A DNA stretch of 64,000 bases from Minisyncoccia bacterium (GTDB taxonomy: Bacteria > Patescibacteriota > Minisyncoccia > UBA6257 > 2-01-FULL-56-20), in NCBI GenBank assembly GCA_050008535.1, contig JBEKML010000001.1:2246-66245 (forward strand), written 5' to 3'. The position numbers and the translations under genes are program-made. Shown piece after piece: positions 20,649 to 32,976 of the stretch. The notes beneath the pieces were generated by a model. The model did no database searches and was not told the DNA's origin. It saw nothing but the letters and a program-made list of their open reading frames with translations. The first letter of the stretch is position 1. Each line of letters opens with the position of its first letter.

Positions 20649-22418
20649 TCACGCCACTTCCGCCTGGTAGCACTGTTCGCAATAGACAGTCCTGGGAAGG
20701 TCGGGAGTGTAGGGCGTTTCGAATTCATTGGGACAGTGGCCGCTGCCGTGAAAATGGCCCGCTGTATTTTTATAAACCGCATTTTCCGATCCCAAACCGG
20801 CGCATCCGCATTTCCCATGCCAAAGGTTCAACGGATTCCTTCGGCGCAATCTCTGGTAATGGCGACAGTTGGGGCATAATCGGGGCAAGGGCAGGTTCAT
20901 TCTCCGATAGAACTGCAGTTCCTGGGGAATGATGCGGAATGCGGTCGCGCATTGCTCGCTGCATTTTCCATCATGCTCGCACATTATGATTTCCTTCAAA
21001 ATGCCGTCATCCACTCCCCGTATGTTTTCGGGGAGCTTCTCCGGCAAAAGCGTTGCCGAGTAGTTCTTTTCCGCCAGATTTTTCCATAGGTATCCAGCCT
21101 TCTTTGCTTCGTCGCTCGTCAACGGAAAATATTCTTGTGCGATGGTTTCGTTGTAGGCAAAGGGGGAAATCTCAGTGGGCAGAAATTCGCCATATCCATA
21201 CTGTCTTCCTGCGCTACCAACGTAAGGATGGATCCGCACATACTCTTCGATCTTTGGAGCAAGCGTTTCATATTCTTCCTTGGAATACTGGGTGTTCAGA
21301 ATGCAATATGATTTTTGGCGAAGCCCTATGCATCCGAAACAATGCTCGCAACCGTGACAACTGTGGGAATAACGGCAATCCGAAGAAGCGTATACCGTTA
21401 TCGTCCCCAGATTATTTTGCCCCACGTTTGAATCAATGTTTTCATAACCAAAATTGTTTTTCCACTGTCCCATGCTGTCATATGACTCTTTCAGATCCGC
21501 GCTCCACCCTATAAACTTTGCATCCTCCACATTCCCCATCAGATCAAAACAAAAGCGGGCGTTCTTTGAGTTGTAGATGTTGTCTCCGGTGCAATTGACC
21601 GATGCTATTATATTCCCATACCGGCGTATTGCTTTATCAAAGATCTCATCCTGCACCCGCGCGGCGATGCGCGAGAGCGACGAACGATTTTCCAAATCGA
21701 ATTCCTTGAGCTTCTTTTCGTATTCTTCTTTTGAATACTGCTCGTTGAATAGGCAATGCGATTTGCCGACCAGGTTCGCGCATCCGAAGCAATCCGAGCA
21801 ATTGCGGCAGTTCAGAAGAAAATATGAATCCCGGCATGTTTCGCAGTTCGTGCAGAAAAGAAGATGGTAAGAGCCGGAACAGTTCACGCACTCATAGCAC
21901 AGTTCTGATTCGTGGAGGATATAGCAATCCTCGCTGTCCCGCGATTTCCATGCCCGGGCATAAGCGACGTTTTCACAAAAACCGGTTCCAAAAACCAAAT
22001 AGCAGTTTTTATTATCGCTGACAAAATTCGCATAATCACTGTTTACGGAATTGATATTGGAAAGCGCCTGAAGCGGAACCTTCCGGAACAGATCCCCGAA
22101 TTGTTCAAAAAATGGTTTTTCAAAATCATACTTCTGCCCGAAATCCAACGGATTCCATCGGTCCGACCACCAACACTCTCGGCAATAGGAAATTACCTTT
22201 GATTCCGGAGCATACATGGAAATGATGGATTTTCCGCATAGTCCGCACACGGCTTGGTATAAGCTCCTTTCGTTGCGCCACGTCATTCTCCGCACCATGC
22301 GGCACCGGGGGCAGAATGTCGGCGGCGGAACTTTTATCTTCGTATAGAAATCAAAATCTTCGGGTTCAATCGTGAATTGTGTTTTGCAATTCTTACATAC
22401 CCGATTTTCGGAATTCAT
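20649..22418 (-). CDS. Cys-rich CPR-type zinc-ribbon repeat protein, paralog B
   Basis: Same architecture as paralog A ('CKNC...PPTFCPRC...YCRECWWSDRWNP...VYCEQCYQAEVA'). ATG 7 nt after TATAAT. Confidence 0.75.
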   Translation of the reverse strand: MNSENRVCKNCKTQFTIEPEDFDFYTKIKVPPPTFCPRCRMVRRMTWRNERSLYQAVCGLCGKSIISMYAPESKVISYCRECWWSDRWNPLDFGQKYDFEKPFFEQFGDLFRKVPLQALSNINSVNSDYANFVSDNKNCYLVFGTGFCENVAYARAWKSRDSEDCYILHESELCYECVNCSGSYHLLFCTNCETCRDSYFLLNCRNCSDCFGCANLVGKSHCLFNEQYSKEEYEKKLKEFDLENRSSLSRIAARVQDEIFDKAIRRYGNIIASVNCTGDNIYNSKNARFCFDLMGNVEDAKFIGWSADLKESYDSMGQWKNNFGYENIDSNVGQNNLGTITVYASSDCRYSHSCHGCEHCFGCIGLRQKSYCILNTQYSKEEYETLAPKIEEYVRIHPYVGSAGRQYGYGEFLPTEISPFAYNETIAQEYFPLTSDEAKKAGYLWKNLAEKNYSATLLPEKLPENIRGVDDGILKEIIMCEHDGKCSEQCATAFRIIPQELQFYRRMNLPLPRLCPNCRHYQRLRRRNPLNLWHGKCGCAGLGSENAVYKNTAGHFHGSGHCPNEFETPYTPDLPRTVYCEQCYQAEVA

Positions 22419-22455
22419 GTCTCTCATTATACATTTACTCCCCAGACAGGACTAC

Positions 22456-23136
22456 CTAGACGCCGAGCACTTTCCTCGCGATGGCCCACACTTTTTCGTG
22501 GATCTCGTCCGGCGTGAGGAGAATACCCCCGGGAGCGCATTCTACCACCTGAAAATCCCCCGGAAAAAGCTCCGCAATTTCTAAATACACTTCTTCTGCC
22601 CGCTTCAGATCAGCAAGGTCGGGCTCGGGAAGATCGTGTTTTTTCCCGTCAAGATATCCGCGTCCGCTTCTTTTTGCGACCAGTTCATAAGAAACCTCCG
22701 CCGGCACACGGAGGACAATATTGAGATCCGGTTTGGGAATCCCGAAAATGCCATATTCAAGGTCGTAGAGCCACTTATAAAATTTCTCGCGCTCGTTTCT
22801 TGTTCCTATCTTCCCTCCCTGGTGCCCCATGTTGGACGCCACATAACGGTTCGCAATAATAGCCCGTCCTTCCGCGATCCACTGGGACAGCTTCAGCTTC
22901 ACATCAAAACGGTCGACGGCATAAAACACCGATGCTGCGTAGGGACCGACCTCGCCGCCGTACTTTCCGGTGAGATATTTCTGGACGAAATAAGAAGAGG
23001 GTTCGCCGTATTGCGGGAAGTCAAGCGTTCCCACTTTTGTACCCTCGGGAAGCGCAAGGACAAGCCGCTCAAACTGAACAGTTTTCCCCGAACCATCGGT
23101 TCCCTCAATAACGATGAATTTCCCGCGTTGGTCCAT
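22456..23136 (-). CDS. tmk: Thymidylate kinase
   Basis: 'FIVIEGTDGSGKT', 'FYAVDRF', 'NRYVASNMGHQ', 'PKPDL'. Confidence 0.88.
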   Translation of the reverse strand: MDQRGKFIVIEGTDGSGKTVQFERLVLALPEGTKVGTLDFPQYGEPSSYFVQKYLTGKYGGEVGPYAASVFYAVDRFDVKLKLSQWIAEGRAIIANRYVASNMGHQGGKIGTRNEREKFYKWLYDLEYGIFGIPKPDLNIVLRVPAEVSYELVAKRSGRGYLDGKKHDLPEPDLADLKRAEEVYLEIAELFPGDFQVVECAPGGILLTPDEIHEKVWAIARKVLGV

Positions 23137-23172
23137 AAGGATTTATTACATTATAGAACAAAAATAAGCAAC

Positions 23173-23220
23173 TAAAACAAACCGCTTAGTTATGACGGCG
23201 AAATACTGCGGTTTGTTTTA
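23173..23220. terminator. Probable terminator hairpin downstream of rplK
   Basis: 13-bp inverted repeat TAAAACAAACCGC / GCGGTTTGTTTTA. Confidence 0.55.
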
Positions 23221-23226
23221 TTGCGC

Positions 23227-23652
23227 CTAATCCACCACCTCAATCCCCATATTCCTCGCGGTGCCGCGGATGATCCGCTCTGCCGCATCAAGATCGGTCG
23301 TATTCAGATCGGGAAGTTTTTTCTCCGCGATGGCGCGCACGTCGGCTTTGGTCACTTTCCCCACTTTTGTCGTAAGCGGGTTAGCGGAACCCTTCTCAAT
23401 GCCCGCGGCTTTTTTCAAAAGCGCTGCTGCAGGCGGAGTTTTTAAAATAAACCTGAAGCTGCGGTCTTCAAAAATCGTAATCTCGGCGGGAACGATATCC
23501 CCTTTCATATCCTTCGTCGCATCATTGAATTGCTTGCAGAACTCCTGCAAGTTGATGCCTTGTGGGCCGAGCACGGTGCCAACCGGCGGCGCCGGGTTCG
23601 CCGCGCCCGCCGGCAATTGAAGCTTAATGACTGTTTTTACTTTCTTGGCCAT
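23227..23652 (-). CDS. rplK: 50S ribosomal protein L11
   Basis: '[20 protein letters not shown]', 'FCKQFND', 'GTARNMGI'. Confidence 0.98.
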   Translation of the reverse strand: MAKKVKTVIKLQLPAGAANPAPPVGTVLGPQGINLQEFCKQFNDATKDMKGDIVPAEITIFEDRSFRFILKTPPAAALLKKAAGIEKGSANPLTTKVGKVTKADVRAIAEKKLPDLNTTDLDAAERIIRGTARNMGIEVVD

Positions 23653-23750
23653 TGGTAGGTATGGTATCCCACAACGACAGGGAAATCAAGCGTTCTGGCG
23701 TCGTGGCTCCCGGCGGGCGAGTGGGCCCAATCCGCATCCGCACATTATTG

Positions 23751-24017
23751 CTACCGACGCTTATACCGAGCGGATAAAATAATGACTGTGAGCAATGCGA
23801 GAGATTCTAAAATTGTAAGTGTCATAAAAACAACATCCTTTTCGTGTATGGCATACGCGACCAGAATGAGCGCGCCAAAAAGCCAAATAAACCACGCGGG
23901 GATATCGATACCGGTAGAATCTTTAACTTTGAGCAAGTGGATGATCTGTGGCGCGTAAGCCGATACAAAAACAATAGAAGCGATCAATCCAAGACTTTGA
24001 AAAACTGCGTCATTCAT
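23751..24017 (-). CDS. PQ-loop/SemiSWEET-like small transporter
   Basis: 88 aa, three TMs, 'YAPQIIHLLKVKDSTGI'. Confidence 0.7.
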   Translation of the reverse strand: MNDAVFQSLGLIASIVFVSAYAPQIIHLLKVKDSTGIDIPAWFIWLFGALILVAYAIHEKDVVFMTLTILESLALLTVIILSARYKRR

Positions 24018-24046
24018 GGACGGTTCCCTTTTCTAAAAGATTGGTA

Positions 24047-24068
24047 GTGCGCGGGGCAGGATTCGAAC
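24047..24068 (-). other. Orphan tRNA 3'-half fragment (att-like scar)
   Basis: Reverse complement GTTCGAATCCTGCCCCGCGCAC = T-loop, 3' T-stem and acceptor strand; no 5' half upstream. Confidence 0.65.
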
Positions 24069-24092
24069 AGTAGTAAAACAACCACTTGCGTA

Positions 24093-24599
<507 letters not shown>

Positions 24600-24648
24600 C
24601 TAGCACATATGTCATTAAAATTCTCTTAAAGAAAACTTGACACGGAAT

Positions 24649-24728
24649 CATGATAGCGTGAGTTGTAGTGTTTGGCCGGCAGCCCTTCTTAGTACTGACG
24701 GCAAAACACTACAACTCACGCTATCATG
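24649..24728. repeat. Conserved-loop palindrome, copy 2
   Basis: 34-bp arms with 2 mismatches, CATGATAGCGTGAGTTGTAGTGTTTGGCCGGCAG / CTGACGGCAAAACACTACAACTCACGCTATCATG, loop CCCTTCTTAGTA. Confidence 0.95.
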
Positions 24729-24729
24729 G

Positions 24730-25152
24730 TCACTGCGAGATTTCCTCAATCTTTTTCTCCAATGCCTCGTTCGAAAGCGGAGACGGAACGGGCGGCCGGG
24801 CTTCAACGGGCGGCCTCCCTCTTTTCGGTAAAGGAAAAGGCGGCGCGGTGAGCGGCTGTCTTTCTGCTTGCGGAGGCGCGACGAGCACGAGGAACCTGAT
24901 TATTTCCTCGCGCATCCCGAGATCGCGTTCAATTTGCTTCGCGTCCTCGCCGGTCATCCTCACGACATAAGACATGAACATCGCTTCGGTCATGCCTTTT
25001 ATCTTATAGGCAAGCGCGAGTTTTTTTATGCGGGGCTCCGATACCGTTTCGCCGTTGTGCTGGCGGACCAATTCAAGCACGCGCGCCGCATCGCTCTCGC
25101 TTTTCAAAAGCAGTGCGAGCTCGTATATTTTCTTGTCTTTTTCTTCGTCCAT
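24730..25152 (-). CDS. rpsF: 30S ribosomal protein S6
   Basis: 'YELALLL', 'KKLALAYKIK', 'IIRFLV'; sits upstream of ssb as in the canonical arrangement. Confidence 0.85.
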   Translation of the reverse strand: MDEEKDKKIYELALLLKSESDAARVLELVRQHNGETVSEPRIKKLALAYKIKGMTEAMFMSYVVRMTGEDAKQIERDLGMREEIIRFLVLVAPPQAERQPLTAPPFPLPKRGRPPVEARPPVPSPLSNEALEKKIEEISQ

Positions 25153-25173
25153 AGCGTGGGTATTATAATCGAA

Positions 25174-28100
25174 TTATTCCTTAGCGGCAAGGGTGGTCTT
25201 TTCTGCATCAGCTTCAAGTTCATGGAGCACCTCGCGGCCCGATTCCCTATCCCCCGCAGGGATGAGACGGCCGATGATCACGTTTTCTTTGAGCCCGCGG
25301 AGTTTGTCCACTTTTGCCTCAATTGCGGCCTTCACGAGCACGCGCGCGGTATCCTGGAACGATGCCGCAGAAAGGAAGCTCTCAGCCGAAAGCGCGATGC
25401 GCGTGATCCCAAGGAGCACCTCGTCCGCTTTCGCAGGCTGCCCGCCCTGTTTTTTGATCTCGCGGTTCACCTCCAAAAACTTCGCCTTCTCGACGATCTC
25501 GCCCATCACAAAGTCCGGTGCATCGCCCCCGTCGCGGATCTTCACGCGCGAGAACATCTGCCGCACGATCATTTCAATGTGTTTATTGTTGATCGAGGCG
25601 CCCTCCGAGAGATAGATCTTTTGCACTTCGTTCACGATATAACGGGCCACCGCAAGCGCGCCCCTGTGCTCGTATAACTCATGGATATCCAGGTTCCCCT
25701 CGGAAAGCAGGTCGCCCTTCCGGATCTTGTCCCCCGCTTTCGCATAAAGCACGGTGCTGCGCGGGACGGCGATCTCCTGGGCCTTTGTTTTCTTGTTCTC
25801 GGAAATAAGACGGAGCACTTTCTGGGAACCTCTTTCCTCCACTTTCTCCACCGATCCATCAAAAGGCGCGAGCACGGCGCGGCCCTTCGGCGAGCGCATC
25901 TCGAAAATTTCTTCCACGCGCGGCAAACCGTGCGTAATGTCCGCGCCCGCCACGCCTCCCGCGTGGAACGTGCGCATCGTAAGCTGCGTTCCCGGTTCCC
26001 CGATGGACTGCGCCGCAAGCACTCCTGCCGCAGCGCCGATCTTCACCGGTTCGTTTACGCCAAGATCATATCCGTAACACTTGGCGCAAATACCGTAAAA
26101 TGTCCTGCAGGTGATGGGCGACCGCACGGTAACCGCATCCAGCTTGGATTGTTCGATAAGTTCCGCCGCCGCTTTGTCTATGATCTCTCCGGCCCGCGCA
26201 ACAACTTTGTGCCCGATCCGGATATCATCAAGCGCCGCGCGGGAGAACAAACGGGAAGAAAAGCTCTGGTTGAATTCCTTGCCGTCGGCGCGCAAAATCT
26301 CGATCCCCTCTTTCGCCCTGCAATCTTCTTCGCGGACCGTGAGGTCCTGGGCCACATCCACCAAGCGCCGCGTCAGGTAGCCGGCCTGCGCCGTCTTCAA
26401 AGCGGTGTCGGTGGTTCCTTTCCGCGCGCCGTGCGTAGAAATGAAGTATTCCAAAACCGAGAGCCCTTCTTTAAGCGACGACCGCACGGGGAGCTCGATG
26501 GTTTCTCCTTTCGGGTTCTGCACGAGCCCTTTCATGCCCATCATCTGGATCGGCTGGGACCATGAACCGCGCGAGCCGGAATCCACCATCTGATAGATAG
26601 CATTGTCCACCGACAAAACGACCGAGACGAGCTTCGCAAGCTCGCCCTTCGCCCTGTCCCACACACTGATTACGCGCGCCTTGCGCTCAGAGGACGTAAG
26701 AAGCCCCTCGCGGTATTGTTCCCGTATCAAACCCACCTCTTCGTCGGCCTTCCGCATGATCTCGCCTTTTTCGGTAGGAATAATAAGGTCGGCCATTGCC
26801 CATGTGATGCCCGAGACCGTTGCCATCTCAAAGCCAAGCAGTTTCACGCCGTCCAAAATCTCGCGCGCCGTATCGAGCCCGTGCACGTCAAGGATCTTCT
26901 CGATGATCTTTTTGAGTTTTTTGCTTGTCACCGTCTCGTTCACGAACTCAACTGTCCCGTGAAGTACTTCATTGAAGATCAAGCGGCCGAGCGTGGTATC
27001 GATGCCCTTCACGCGGATCGCCGAATGGAGCGTGACCACGTTATTTTCGTAGGCAAGAAGCGCCTCTTCGACGCCGAGCATCGGTTTTGCGGCATCCCCT
27101 TTCGAGGACGGGCGGGTGAGATAATAAACGCCGAGCACCATATCTTTTGTGGGAGCGGCAATAAGCTCGCCGGTTGCGGGCTTCAAAAGCCCCTTCCCTG
27201 CCGCCATGATCTCTACGGCTTCCTTTTGCGCAAAATCGGAAAGCGGAAGATGAACCGCCATCTGGTCGCCGTCAAAGTCGGCATTGAACGCGGAACAGAC
27301 GAGCGCGGGGATCTTTATCGCAAGCCCCTCAACAAGAAGCGGCTTGAAGGCCTGCACGGAGAGCCGGTGCAGGGTCGGCGCGCGGTTCAAAAGCACGCGT
27401 TTGCCCTTAATGATCTCTTCCAGAATTCCCAACACTTCCGGCGTATGTTCTTCAATATAGCGCGACGCGCTCCGGATGTTGTGCGCAAGGCCGCGCTTGA
27501 TGATCTCGCCAATCACGAACGGGCGGAAAAGCTCCAGCGCCATCCGCTTCGGCAAACCACATTCGTCAATTTTTAAATTGGGACCCACGACAATGACCGA
27601 CCGGCCGGAATAATCCACGCGCTTCCCGAGCAAGTTCTGGCGGAAACGGCCCTGCTTCCCTTTCAACATGTCGGCCAGGGAACGCAAAGGACGCCGCTGC
27701 GCCGAGAGCTGCTGGGTGCCGAAGCGGGCGGAATTATCAATTAGGGCGTCCACCGCTTCTTGAAGCATGCGCTTCTCGTTGCGGATAATGACGTCCGGCG
27801 CCTTGATCTCCAGGAGCTTTTTCAAGCGGTTGTTGCGGTTGATCACGCGGCGGTAAAGGTCGTTCAGGTCGGAAGTTGCGTACCGTCCGCCGTCCAGGGC
27901 CACCATGGGCCGAAGGTCCGGCGGGAGGACCGGAAGCACCGTCATCACCATCCATTCCGGACGGCTGCCGTTCCGGATCATTGATTTGAGCATCTTCAGG
28001 CGCCGCAGGAGCTTGCTTTGCGCAAGAGGGTCCTTTGCGTTTTCCAGTTGCGCCTCAACGCCTTGCACTTCCTTCCGAAGGTCCAATTTTTCCAAAATTT

Positions 28101-31100
28101 GTTTTACGGCCTCGGCGCCGCTCCCCGCCTTGAAAATACTCCCGAACCTCCGCGAGAGCGAGAAATATTCGTTCTCCGAAAGGATCTGGCCAACGTGAAG
28201 ATTTTCCAAATATTCTTTCGTCGTGTCGGCGGCCTCCAAGATCTCTCCTTTTACCATCTTATCCTTATTGCCGACGGTCTTCAGCTTGCCCTTGAGCTCG
28301 CGCTCAAGGTCCGCAAGCGCAACTTTGCGGTTTTCCTCTTTTATCTCCGTGATGATGTAGGCCGAGTAATAAATGACGCGCTCAAGCTTCTGCGAAGAAA
28401 CGTCAAGGGCGAGCGCAAGGCGCGAAGGGATGCTCTTCAAGAACCAGATATGCGAGACAGGAGCGGCAAGCGCGATGTGGCCGATGCGCTCGCGCCGCAC
28501 CGCCGCGCGCGTGACCTCCACGCCGCACTTATCGCAGATCACGCCCTTGTAGCGGATCCGGCGATACTTGCCGCAATAGCACTCATAGTCCTTCGTAGGG
28601 CCGAAGATGCGTTCGGAGAACAAGCCGTCCTTCTCGGGGCGCTGCGTCCGATAATTGATGGTCTCCGGTTTTATCACCTCCCCATGGGACCATTTCAAAA
28701 TATCTTCCGACGACGCGACGCTGATCTTCAATGCGGAGAAATCATCTTTACGATCGGTTTCTGTCTCATACAGCGGCTGGATATTGAATCCAAGCGATTT
28801 AAGTTCGTTCACAAGCACATTGAAGGACGCCGGAATGTTCGGCTCCTTGATCTGCTCGCTGCGTATGATGGACTCGTACGCCGCTGCGCGGCCCAGGACG
28901 TCGTCGGACTTGATCGTGAGCATTTCCTGGAGCGTGTGGCGCGCGCCGTAGCCTTCAAGGGCCCACACCTCCATTTCGCCGAACCGTTGGCCGCCGAACT
29001 GCGCCTTCCCACCCAGCGGCTGCTGGGTGATCAAAGAGTACGGACCGATGGAACGCATGTGCGCCTTGTCTTCCACAAGATGGTTCAGCTTCATCATGTA
29101 CACCTGCCCCACGGTCACCCGGCTTTCAAAAGGTTCGCCGGTGCGGCCGTCAAAGAGCTTCACTTTGCCGTCCTCGGGCAGTCCCGCCTTCGCGAGTTCC
29201 TCGCGGATCTCCGCTTCCGTCGCCGAGTCCAGTCCCGGCGTGATCGCGCGGTATCCCAACTTTGAAGCCGCCCACCCCAAGTGGGTCTCCAGGATCTGGC
29301 CGAGGTTCATGCGCGAGATGACGCCCAACGGGTTCAAAACGATGTCCACCGGCGTGCCGTCCTCCAAATAGGGCATGTCTTCCGCCGCGCGCACCTGCGA
29401 GATGACGCCCTTGTTCCCGTGGCGCCCGGCAAGCTTGTCGCCCGACTGGACCTTCCGGAGTTCCGCGATCTCCACCTGAATGCGGCGGATGATCCCCGGC
29501 TCCAGCTTGTCGCCGCGCTCCCGGTCAAAGATCTTCACGTTCACCACGCGGCCCAGTTTCCCGTGCGGAAGGATAAGCGAGGTATCTTTCACGTCCCGCG
29601 CCTTCTCGCCGAAGATCGCACGGAGCAGGCGCTCTTCCGACGTCAGTTCCGATTCGCCCTTCGGCGAAATTTTCCCGACCAAAATGTCGCCGGCTTTGAC
29701 CTCGGCGCCGATGCGGATGATCCCCTCCTCGTCAAGATTTTTCAATTTGTCTTCCGAAACATTGGGGATATCGTAGGTGGTGACTTCCGGCCCTAATTTC
29801 GTGTCGCGTACGTCGCAATCATAATTATCAATATGGATGGAGGTGAAAAGGTCGTCGCGGACCACGCGTTCGGAAAGAACGATGGCATCCTCAAAATTCG
29901 CGCCTTCCCACGAGACGAAGGCAACAAGAAGATTCTGGCCCAGGGCGAGCACTCCGTGATCGATCGACGGACCGTCAGCGAGAATCTCTCCTTTTGCGAC
30001 CGCCTGCCCCGTAACGACGAGCGGTTTCTGCGAAATGCACGTGAATTGGTTGGAGCGTTTGAACTTTTCAAGAACGTAGTTTTTGGTCACCCTGCCATAC
30101 TTCACCTTAAGATGGTTCCCGTCGGCCTCAAGCACGGTCCCTTTGTCCTCGGCGACGATCACATAGCCCGAATCAAGCGCCACCCGCTCTTCCTCCCCCG
30201 TCGAAACATAGGGGGCGTCGGGCTTCACGGACACCACGGCCTGCCGTTGCATGTTCGAACCCATGAGCGCGCGGTTTGCATCGTCGTGCTGGAGGAAGGG
30301 AATAAGCGCGGTCGCAACCGAGATGAACTCGTTCGGAGCGACGTCGATAAGGTCTATTTCTTCCGGCGTGCAGGTTCCCGGCTCGCCTTTAATGCGCGCT
30401 TCCACGATCGGTCCTTTCAAGCGGTCTCCCTCGCGCGGGGTACCGGCATGGGTGATCTTGTATTTTTCTTCTTCCGAAGCATCGAACCAAACGATCTCGT
30501 TCGTAACGCGGCCGTCTTTTACCTTTGCATACGGCGCCTCCAAAAATCCAAAATCGTTGATGCGCGTAAAGCTTGCAAGATAATTGATAAGGCCTATGTT
30601 CGATCCCTCCGGCGTTTGGATCGGGCAGATACGGCCGTAGTGCGAGCGATGGACGTCGCGCACCTCAAAGCTCGCGCGTTCGCGCGTGAGGCCGCCGGGG
30701 CCGAGCGCCGAAATCCTCCGCTTATGCTCCAATTCCGCAAGCGGGTTCACCTGGTCCATGAACTGCGAAAGCTGCGAAGAAGCGAAAAACTCCTTGATGA
30801 CCGCGGCGATCGGACGGAAGTTCACGAGCTGCGACGGCATCAAATGATCTTTATCTTCCGTGGACATCCGGTCCTGGATGATCCTCCGCAAGCGCGCGAG
30901 CCCGATCCGGAGGCGGCCCTGCAAAAGCTCTCCCACGGTCTTCAGGCGGCGGTTGCCCAAGTGGTCGATGTCATCCTCTTCGGCCTCGGCATTGTTATTC
31001 AAAGAGATGATCTCTTTTACGATCCCAATGAGGTCCTCGGCATCCAAAAGTTTGTTGTTCTTCTTGCGATCCAGATCCAGGCGCTGGTTCATCTTGTAGC

Positions 31101-31905
31101 GGCCGACCTCCGAGAGGTCATAGCGATCAGGGCGATGGAACATCGCGTCAATGAGGCTTTTTGCCGTTTCCGCGCCCGCAGGGTCGCCCGGCCGCAAGCG
31201 GCGGTAGATCTCGATATACGACTCGGTCGTGTCTTTTGCGACGTCTTTTTTGAACGTCGCTTCGATGAATTTCACCGGGCCATTATCCATCTTCTCGAAT
31301 GCGGCCCCGATCTTTTCGTTGTCCAACCCGAATATACGAAGGATGTCCGTCACCGGCACTTTCCTCCGGCGGTCGATCTTCACGCCGATTTCGCCGTTCA
31401 CGTCGGTTTCGAATTCAAGCCAGGCGCCGCGCGAAGGAATGATCTTCGCGCCGAAAAGCTGCCGGCCGCGATAGGGCACCGCCGTGAAATACACGCCGGC
31501 GGAACGCACGAGCTGTGAAACCACCACGCGCTCAACGCCGTTCACGATGAACGTTCCGCGGCTTGTCATGATCGGGAAATCGCCGAAGTACACCTCTTGC
31601 TCTTCCGTCCTCCCCGTCCGCTTGTTCACCAGTTTCAAAGTGCACCGCAAGGGTGCTTCATACGTCGCTTCTTTGTACCGCGCCGTCGCCTCGTCATATT
31701 TCGGTTCGTCGAAACGATAGTTGGTAAAGGAAAGTTCGAACTCCTTGCCCGTGTGATCGCGGACCGGCGAAATTTCCACAAGGAGCTCCTGCAGCCCTTT
31801 ACCCAAAAACCACTGATACGACTTCAGTTGCGCTTCATTCAAATTGAATGGCGCAATAAGGGATTTCGATTTCGAAAAGTCTTTTATTTTGGAAAATTTT
31901 GCCAT
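25174..31905 (-). CDS. rpoBC: Fused RNA polymerase beta-beta' subunit
   Basis: One ORF holds RpoB motifs ([26 protein letters not shown]) and RpoC motifs ([43 protein letters not shown]). Start moved to MAKFSK. Confidence 0.95.
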   Translation of the reverse strand: MAKFSKIKDFSKSKSLIAPFNLNEAQLKSYQWFLGKGLQELLVEISPVRDHTGKEFELSFTNYRFDEPKYDEATARYKEATYEAPLRCTLKLVNKRTGRTEEQEVYFGDFPIMTSRGTFIVNGVERVVVSQLVRSAGVYFTAVPYRGRQLFGAKIIPSRGAWLEFETDVNGEIGVKIDRRRKVPVTDILRIFGLDNEKIGAAFEKMDNGPVKFIEATFKKDVAKDTTESYIEIYRRLRPGDPAGAETAKSLIDAMFHRPDRYDLSEVGRYKMNQRLDLDRKKNNKLLDAEDLIGIVKEIISLNNNAEAEEDDIDHLGNRRLKTVGELLQGRLRIGLARLRRIIQDRMSTEDKDHLMPSQLVNFRPIAAVIKEFFASSQLSQFMDQVNPLAELEHKRRISALGPGGLTRERASFEVRDVHRSHYGRICPIQTPEGSNIGLINYLASFTRINDFGFLEAPYAKVKDGRVTNEIVWFDASEEEKYKITHAGTPREGDRLKGPIVEARIKGEPGTCTPEEIDLIDVAPNEFISVATALIPFLQHDDANRALMGSNMQRQAVVSVKPDAPYVSTGEEERVALDSGYVIVAEDKGTVLEADGNHLKVKYGRVTKNYVLEKFKRSNQFTCISQKPLVVTGQAVAKGEILADGPSIDHGVLALGQNLLVAFVSWEGANFEDAIVLSERVVRDDLFTSIHIDNYDCDVRDTKLGPEVTTYDIPNVSEDKLKNLDEEGIIRIGAEVKAGDILVGKISPKGESELTSEERLLRAIFGEKARDVKDTSLILPHGKLGRVVNVKIFDRERGDKLEPGIIRRIQVEIAELRKVQSGDKLAGRHGNKGVISQVRAAEDMPYLEDGTPVDIVLNPLGVISRMNLGQILETHLGWAASKLGYRAITPGLDSATEAEIREELAKAGLPEDGKVKLFDGRTGEPFESRVTVGQVYMMKLNHLVEDKAHMRSIGPYSLITQQPLGGKAQFGGQRFGEMEVWALEGYGARHTLQEMLTIKSDDVLGRAAAYESIIRSEQIKEPNIPASFNVLVNELKSLGFNIQPLYETETDRKDDFSALKISVASSEDILKWSHGEVIKPETINYRTQRPEKDGLFSERIFGPTKDYECYCGKYRRIRYKGVICDKCGVEVTRAAVRRERIGHIALAAPVSHIWFLKSIPSRLALALDVSSQKLERVIYYSAYIITEIKEENRKVALADLERELKGKLKTVGNKDKMVKGEILEAADTTKEYLENLHVGQILSENEYFSLSRRFGSIFKAGSGAEAVKQILEKLDLRKEVQGVEAQLENAKDPLAQSKLLRRLKMLKSMIRNGSRPEWMVMTVLPVLPPDLRPMVALDGGRYATSDLNDLYRRVINRNNRLKKLLEIKAPDVIIRNEKRMLQEAVDALIDNSARFGTQQLSAQRRPLRSLADMLKGKQGRFRQNLLGKRVDYSGRSVIVVGPNLKIDECGLPKRMALELFRPFVIGEIIKRGLAHNIRSASRYIEEHTPEVLGILEEIIKGKRVLLNRAPTLHRLSVQAFKPLLVEGLAIKIPALVCSAFNADFDGDQMAVHLPLSDFAQKEAVEIMAAGKGLLKPATGELIAAPTKDMVLGVYYLTRPSSKGDAAKPMLGVEEALLAYENNVVTLHSAIRVKGIDTTLGRLIFNEVLHGTVEFVNETVTSKKLKKIIEKILDVHGLDTAREILDGVKLLGFEMATVSGITWAMADLIIPTEKGEIMRKADEEVGLIREQYREGLLTSSERKARVISVWDRAKGELAKLVSVVLSVDNAIYQMVDSGSRGSWSQPIQMMGMKGLVQNPKGETIELPVRSSLKEGLSVLEYFISTHGARKGTTDTALKTAQAGYLTRRLVDVAQDLTVREEDCRAKEGIEILRADGKEFNQSFSSRLFSRAALDDIRIGHKVVARAGEIIDKAAAELIEQSKLDAVTVRSPITCRTFYGICAKCYGYDLGVNEPVKIGAAAGVLAAQSIGEPGTQLTMRTFHAGGVAGADITHGLPRVEEIFEMRSPKGRAVLAPFDGSVEKVEERGSQKVLRLISENKKTKAQEIAVPRSTVLYAKAGDKIRKGDLLSEGNLDIHELYEHRGALAVARYIVNEVQKIYLSEGASINNKHIEMIVRQMFSRVKIRDGGDAPDFVMGEIVEKAKFLEVNREIKKQGGQPAKADEVLLGITRIALSAESFLSAASFQDTARVLVKAAIEAKVDKLRGLKENVIIGRLIPAGDRESGREVLHELEADAEKTTLAAKE

Positions 31906-31995
31906 CAAAATAAAGTTTTTTATAATGAAAAAGTTTGCTCCCCTCCAACGCACAAAAAACGGCTCCCTTCTCTTTTTTCAAGAAGTCCGTTCTAA

Positions 31996-32970
31996 TTACC
32001 TTACTAGGTATTTAACTGTATTTTGGTGTTGCTCGTCAAGAGTCTTGGCAAAAATAGTTTTTCCCGTCTTGGGGTCGCTTAGATAGAACCAGTAAGGCGA
32101 ACTTGTGGGCGTGAGAGCTGCCTGAATAGCCGAAATGCCAGGATTTCCGATAGGACCAGGGGGGAGCCCCTTATACAAGTAGGTATTGTAGGGCGAATCG
32201 ATCTTTAAGTCAATAGTACCACAACCCGGCTCGGAAAGGGGGGTACCGATCTGCATCGCGTAACAAACCGTCGCGTCCACCTGAAGCGGCATGCCCGCCC
32301 GGAGACGTTTCCATAAAATCCCGGCGACGATTCTCCGGTCGTCCGAATTTGATACCTCCTTCTCAAGGATGGACGCGAGGATCAGATCGTTCGGGGCATC
32401 CGCCCCGTCCTGCGCCATGATCGGCGCTGCCTTTGCGTCAAAATTATCGAGCATCGCCTTGACCACGTCGCCTATGGGGGAATTGGTATAGAAGCGATAA
32501 GTGTCGGGAAACAATTTTCCTTCCAAATTTCCGGCATCATGAAAATTGACGAGATCGCCCCGCCGGATCACAAGCGCTTTGGCAAGGATCGCGTCAATCT
32601 GATAGAGATTCGCCCCTTCGGGAATCGTGATCGTCGTTTCTCCGGCGGCATTCTTCGAAAGTTCGCCCAACACCGCCCAGGGCGACATCGTCGCGTTCAA
32701 CCGATAAAGTCCCGGCTGCAGATGAAACGCCGACCCATTCAGAAGGGAAAGCGCCTCGGTGGCGAACGACGACCGTACGATGCCCGCGTGCGCGAGGCCC
32801 GTAATAATTTCGTGGAAGCCTTCCCCTTGTTTTATTTCAAAGATCGCAGGCGCCGCATCCGCACGGGCACCGATTGGCGTAAGACCATAGAGAAAAAAAC
32901 CGACCGCTCCAGCAAGAAGAAGCATGGCGCACGAACCAACGATGAATTTCCTTGTAAAAAACTGTGGCAT
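31996..32970 (-). CDS. mltG: Endolytic transglycosylase MltG
   Basis: 'ITIPEG', 'LEGKLFPDTY', 'LASILEKE', 'SPYNTYLYKGLPPGPIGNPG'. Confidence 0.92.
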   Translation of the reverse strand: MPQFFTRKFIVGSCAMLLLAGAVGFFLYGLTPIGARADAAPAIFEIKQGEGFHEIITGLAHAGIVRSSFATEALSLLNGSAFHLQPGLYRLNATMSPWAVLGELSKNAAGETTITIPEGANLYQIDAILAKALVIRRGDLVNFHDAGNLEGKLFPDTYRFYTNSPIGDVVKAMLDNFDAKAAPIMAQDGADAPNDLILASILEKEVSNSDDRRIVAGILWKRLRAGMPLQVDATVCYAMQIGTPLSEPGCGTIDLKIDSPYNTYLYKGLPPGPIGNPGISAIQAALTPTSSPYWFYLSDPKTGKTIFAKTLDEQHQNTVKYLVR

Positions 32971-32976
32971 GGCGCT

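Noticed and set aside
18845-22418. Diversity-generating retroelement (VR/TR pair) explaining the shared 3' ends
   Set aside because: There is no reverse transcriptase in the window, and the shared tract is short and identical rather than differing at adenines.
28018-31518. Long antisense ORFs (415 and 561 aa) opposite rpoBC, and similar ones opposite serS and thrS
   Set aside because: These are expected shadow frames of GC-rich, codon-biased genes and show no motifs.
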